Source of the DNA: Paraphysomonas bandaiensis
Taxonomy: Eukaryota > Protista > Chrysophyceae
DNA length: 64,000 nt
Direction: 5' to 3'
NCBI GenBank assembly: GCA_965644295.1
Contig: CBFFRP010000136.1
Coordinates: forward strand, 62,001-126,000
Shown here: positions 62,079 through 64,000 of the stretch, in pieces
How positions within the stretch are numbered: the stretch's first letter is position 1
How the letters are laid out: the number at the start of each line of letters is the position of its first letter
Made by a program: the position numbers and the translations under genes
Notes under the pieces: generated by a model
The model's input: only the letters and a program-made list of their open reading frames with translations
The model's database searches: none
What the model was told of the DNA's origin: nothing

Positions 62079-64000
62079 ATGGCAGATATTGATATTACTT
62101 CTCTGAGGAAACCCATCGATGTATGCGATGTGGGAAACTCTCGCATAGCTCTTCATTATGTGTTTGGAACAGACATATCTCGAAGAAATAATATCATCCT
62201 CGTTGAAGATCATCGCATTGCATACGTCTCTGGTAATGCGGTTATATTTGAAGATATTGTCACTCATGAGAAGGAGTACTTGATGTCTATTGATGAAGGG
62301 GGGGTGGGCTGTGTAGCTATTCACCCTTCAAGGTACACTCTCTCATATATATCACCCCATCCGTCTCATATATAGCAGAAAATACATTGCTGTTGGATGT
62401 AAAGGGTTTCAGCCTAATATATACATATATGACTACCCCTCTCTTAATGTAAGTGTGTGCAGATGATGAGGATTTATTTCATGGCTTGTGTTCGTATAGA
62501 TTGTGAAAGTCCTCCGTGGAGGTGCGGAGAGGGGCTACTCCTGCCTCACATTCAACAAAGAAGGAGAGATGCTTGCATCTGTTGCCAGTTCACCTGATTT
62601 CATGCTCACGCTCTGGTCCTGGGAAGAGGAGAAAATAACGTTGCATGCCAAAGCTTTCGGTCAGGAGGTCTATACTGTGCGTTTTTCTGATTACGACAAC
62701 AGACGATTAACGACCAGTGGAACCGGGCATATCAGATTCTGGAAAATGGCGTCTACATTTACTGGGAAAAAGTTACAAGGGTCAATTGGTAAATTTGGTA
62801 AAGTCGAATTGAGTGATGTCTCTGCATTTGTAGAGCTTCCGGATGGAAAAGTTTGTAGTGGGACAGAGTCCGGTGCCCTGCTACTGTGGGAGGGTAACTT
62901 TATCAAATGCCGATTTACCCAGCCCGGTGGTGCGTTGTGTCATGAGGGTGAGGTAACATCTGTAGAGTTAGATCGTGAGAACGGGTGCCTGATCACTGCT
63001 GGTGAGGATGGGTTCATTAGGTGGTGGGACTTTCATAAGATAGACTCGGCCGAAGTTGACTCCGACCACTCGATGGACTTCGCAATGCAACCCTTGAGTG
63101 AGTATAAGGTCCCTGAAAGTGGAGGTATCAGGTGTCTGGTCCACTCTGGTGATGTTAGTGGGGAGAAAATGCACTTTGTTCTCGACAACTCAGGGCGGAT
63201 GTCTGTTGTTAAGGTACCTGCAGAGGAACCATTTGGTGTTCCCACAGGTTCTCCTGTGCAACTTCTGTCCTCCGGGCATGGTAGCGCTATCACAGGCATG
63301 GACGTTTCACCCACCGGACACATTGCAGCAACTTGCGGAATTGATGGAAAGATAATTTTTTGGGATATTAAAGGGCGACAGCAATTGGGCGAACGCTCTT
63401 TTGAAGTACCTGTAGTTTCACTTTGTTGGGTGCCAACTAATGTGGAGCCCAGTGGACAGTCTGTTGCTATTGGGTTTGCAGATGGCGTTTTCAAAGTTTT
63501 GCGCATCAGTAGAGATCCATCGATGAAAGAATCCTTCAGAATGACCCAAATAATGGCAATGAAGCCACACAACAACGCCCTGACTCACATTAGTTTTTCG
63601 AACTCTTTACCACTTCTAGCAACAGGCGGTAAAGATGGCATCATATTTTTCTTCAGTTGTAAGCAGCGGTTTGTCGATGGACAGCTCTCCAACTGGACCC
63701 CACTGCGTTTTGTAACTCTTGCGAAAGTAGAGGAAGGTAGAGCTCCTACAACATGTACTTCAATGTCTTGGTCTGGATCATGTGTACTGATCGGGTGTAG
63801 CGATGGAGTGGCGAGAGAGGTCGACTCTGAGCTTGTAGTCGCCAGTGCGAATGAAGATGCAGAGACTTTTGAAGCCAAGTTTAAGTTGCGAGAAATTACT
63901 GTTAAGGCACGCACAATGGTGGCGTCAAATAGTGCCGCAGCAATTGACACGGAAGCCAATGAAAATGAAGAAAAAGCCGTTGCCGCTTCGGACGGAAAAT
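62079..64000 (+). CDS. CFAP44: Cilia- and flagella-associated WD40 protein 44 (3'-truncated)
   Basis: Spliced GGVGCVAIHPS-RKYIAVGCKGFQPNIYIYDYPSL, LRGGAERGY, PDFMLTLWSW, KAFGQEVY, TSGTGHIRFWKMASTFTGKKLQGSIGKFG, ELPDGKV. Confidence 0.93.

Overview
Eukaryotic nuclear DNA from a compact, intron-rich genome: GT-AG introns are mostly about 42-56 nt. A CFAP44 gene implies a flagellate, and the overall style suggests a stramenopile/chrysophyte-like protist (inference). The main result is that bases 2-12001 splice into one continuous reading frame. It encodes an N-terminally truncated single-pass membrane protein with more than 300 PSGEPSS(I/V) octapeptides, a juxtamembrane domain, one TM helix, two cytoplasmic nucleoside-diphosphate-kinase (NDPK/NME)-like domains that keep the phospho-acceptor His, and an Arg/Ser-rich tail. 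This is a candidate 'receptor NDP/histidine kinase'. The supplied ORF track reads the repeat in the wrong frame and splits this gene. Other genes: a divergent FANCD2-like gene, an ELO fatty-acid elongase, a giant C2/EF-hand/IQ protein with three Tudor/SH3-like repeats, a PPR-like protein, a BTB protein, FANCM with a PHD-ePHD module, USP14/UBP6, a permuted NlpC/P60-like protein, an intronless GltS-type Na+/glutamate symporter fused to a TLDc domain, and CFAP44. A near-perfect 5829-bp tandem duplication carries an atypical small-GTPase gene and a bacterial-like methyltransferase. Non-genic features are a decayed LINE, four pieces of a hairpin-rich inverted-repeat element family, and an ~860-bp (TACA)n tract. 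All assignments come from manual motif recognition; no database searches were run.
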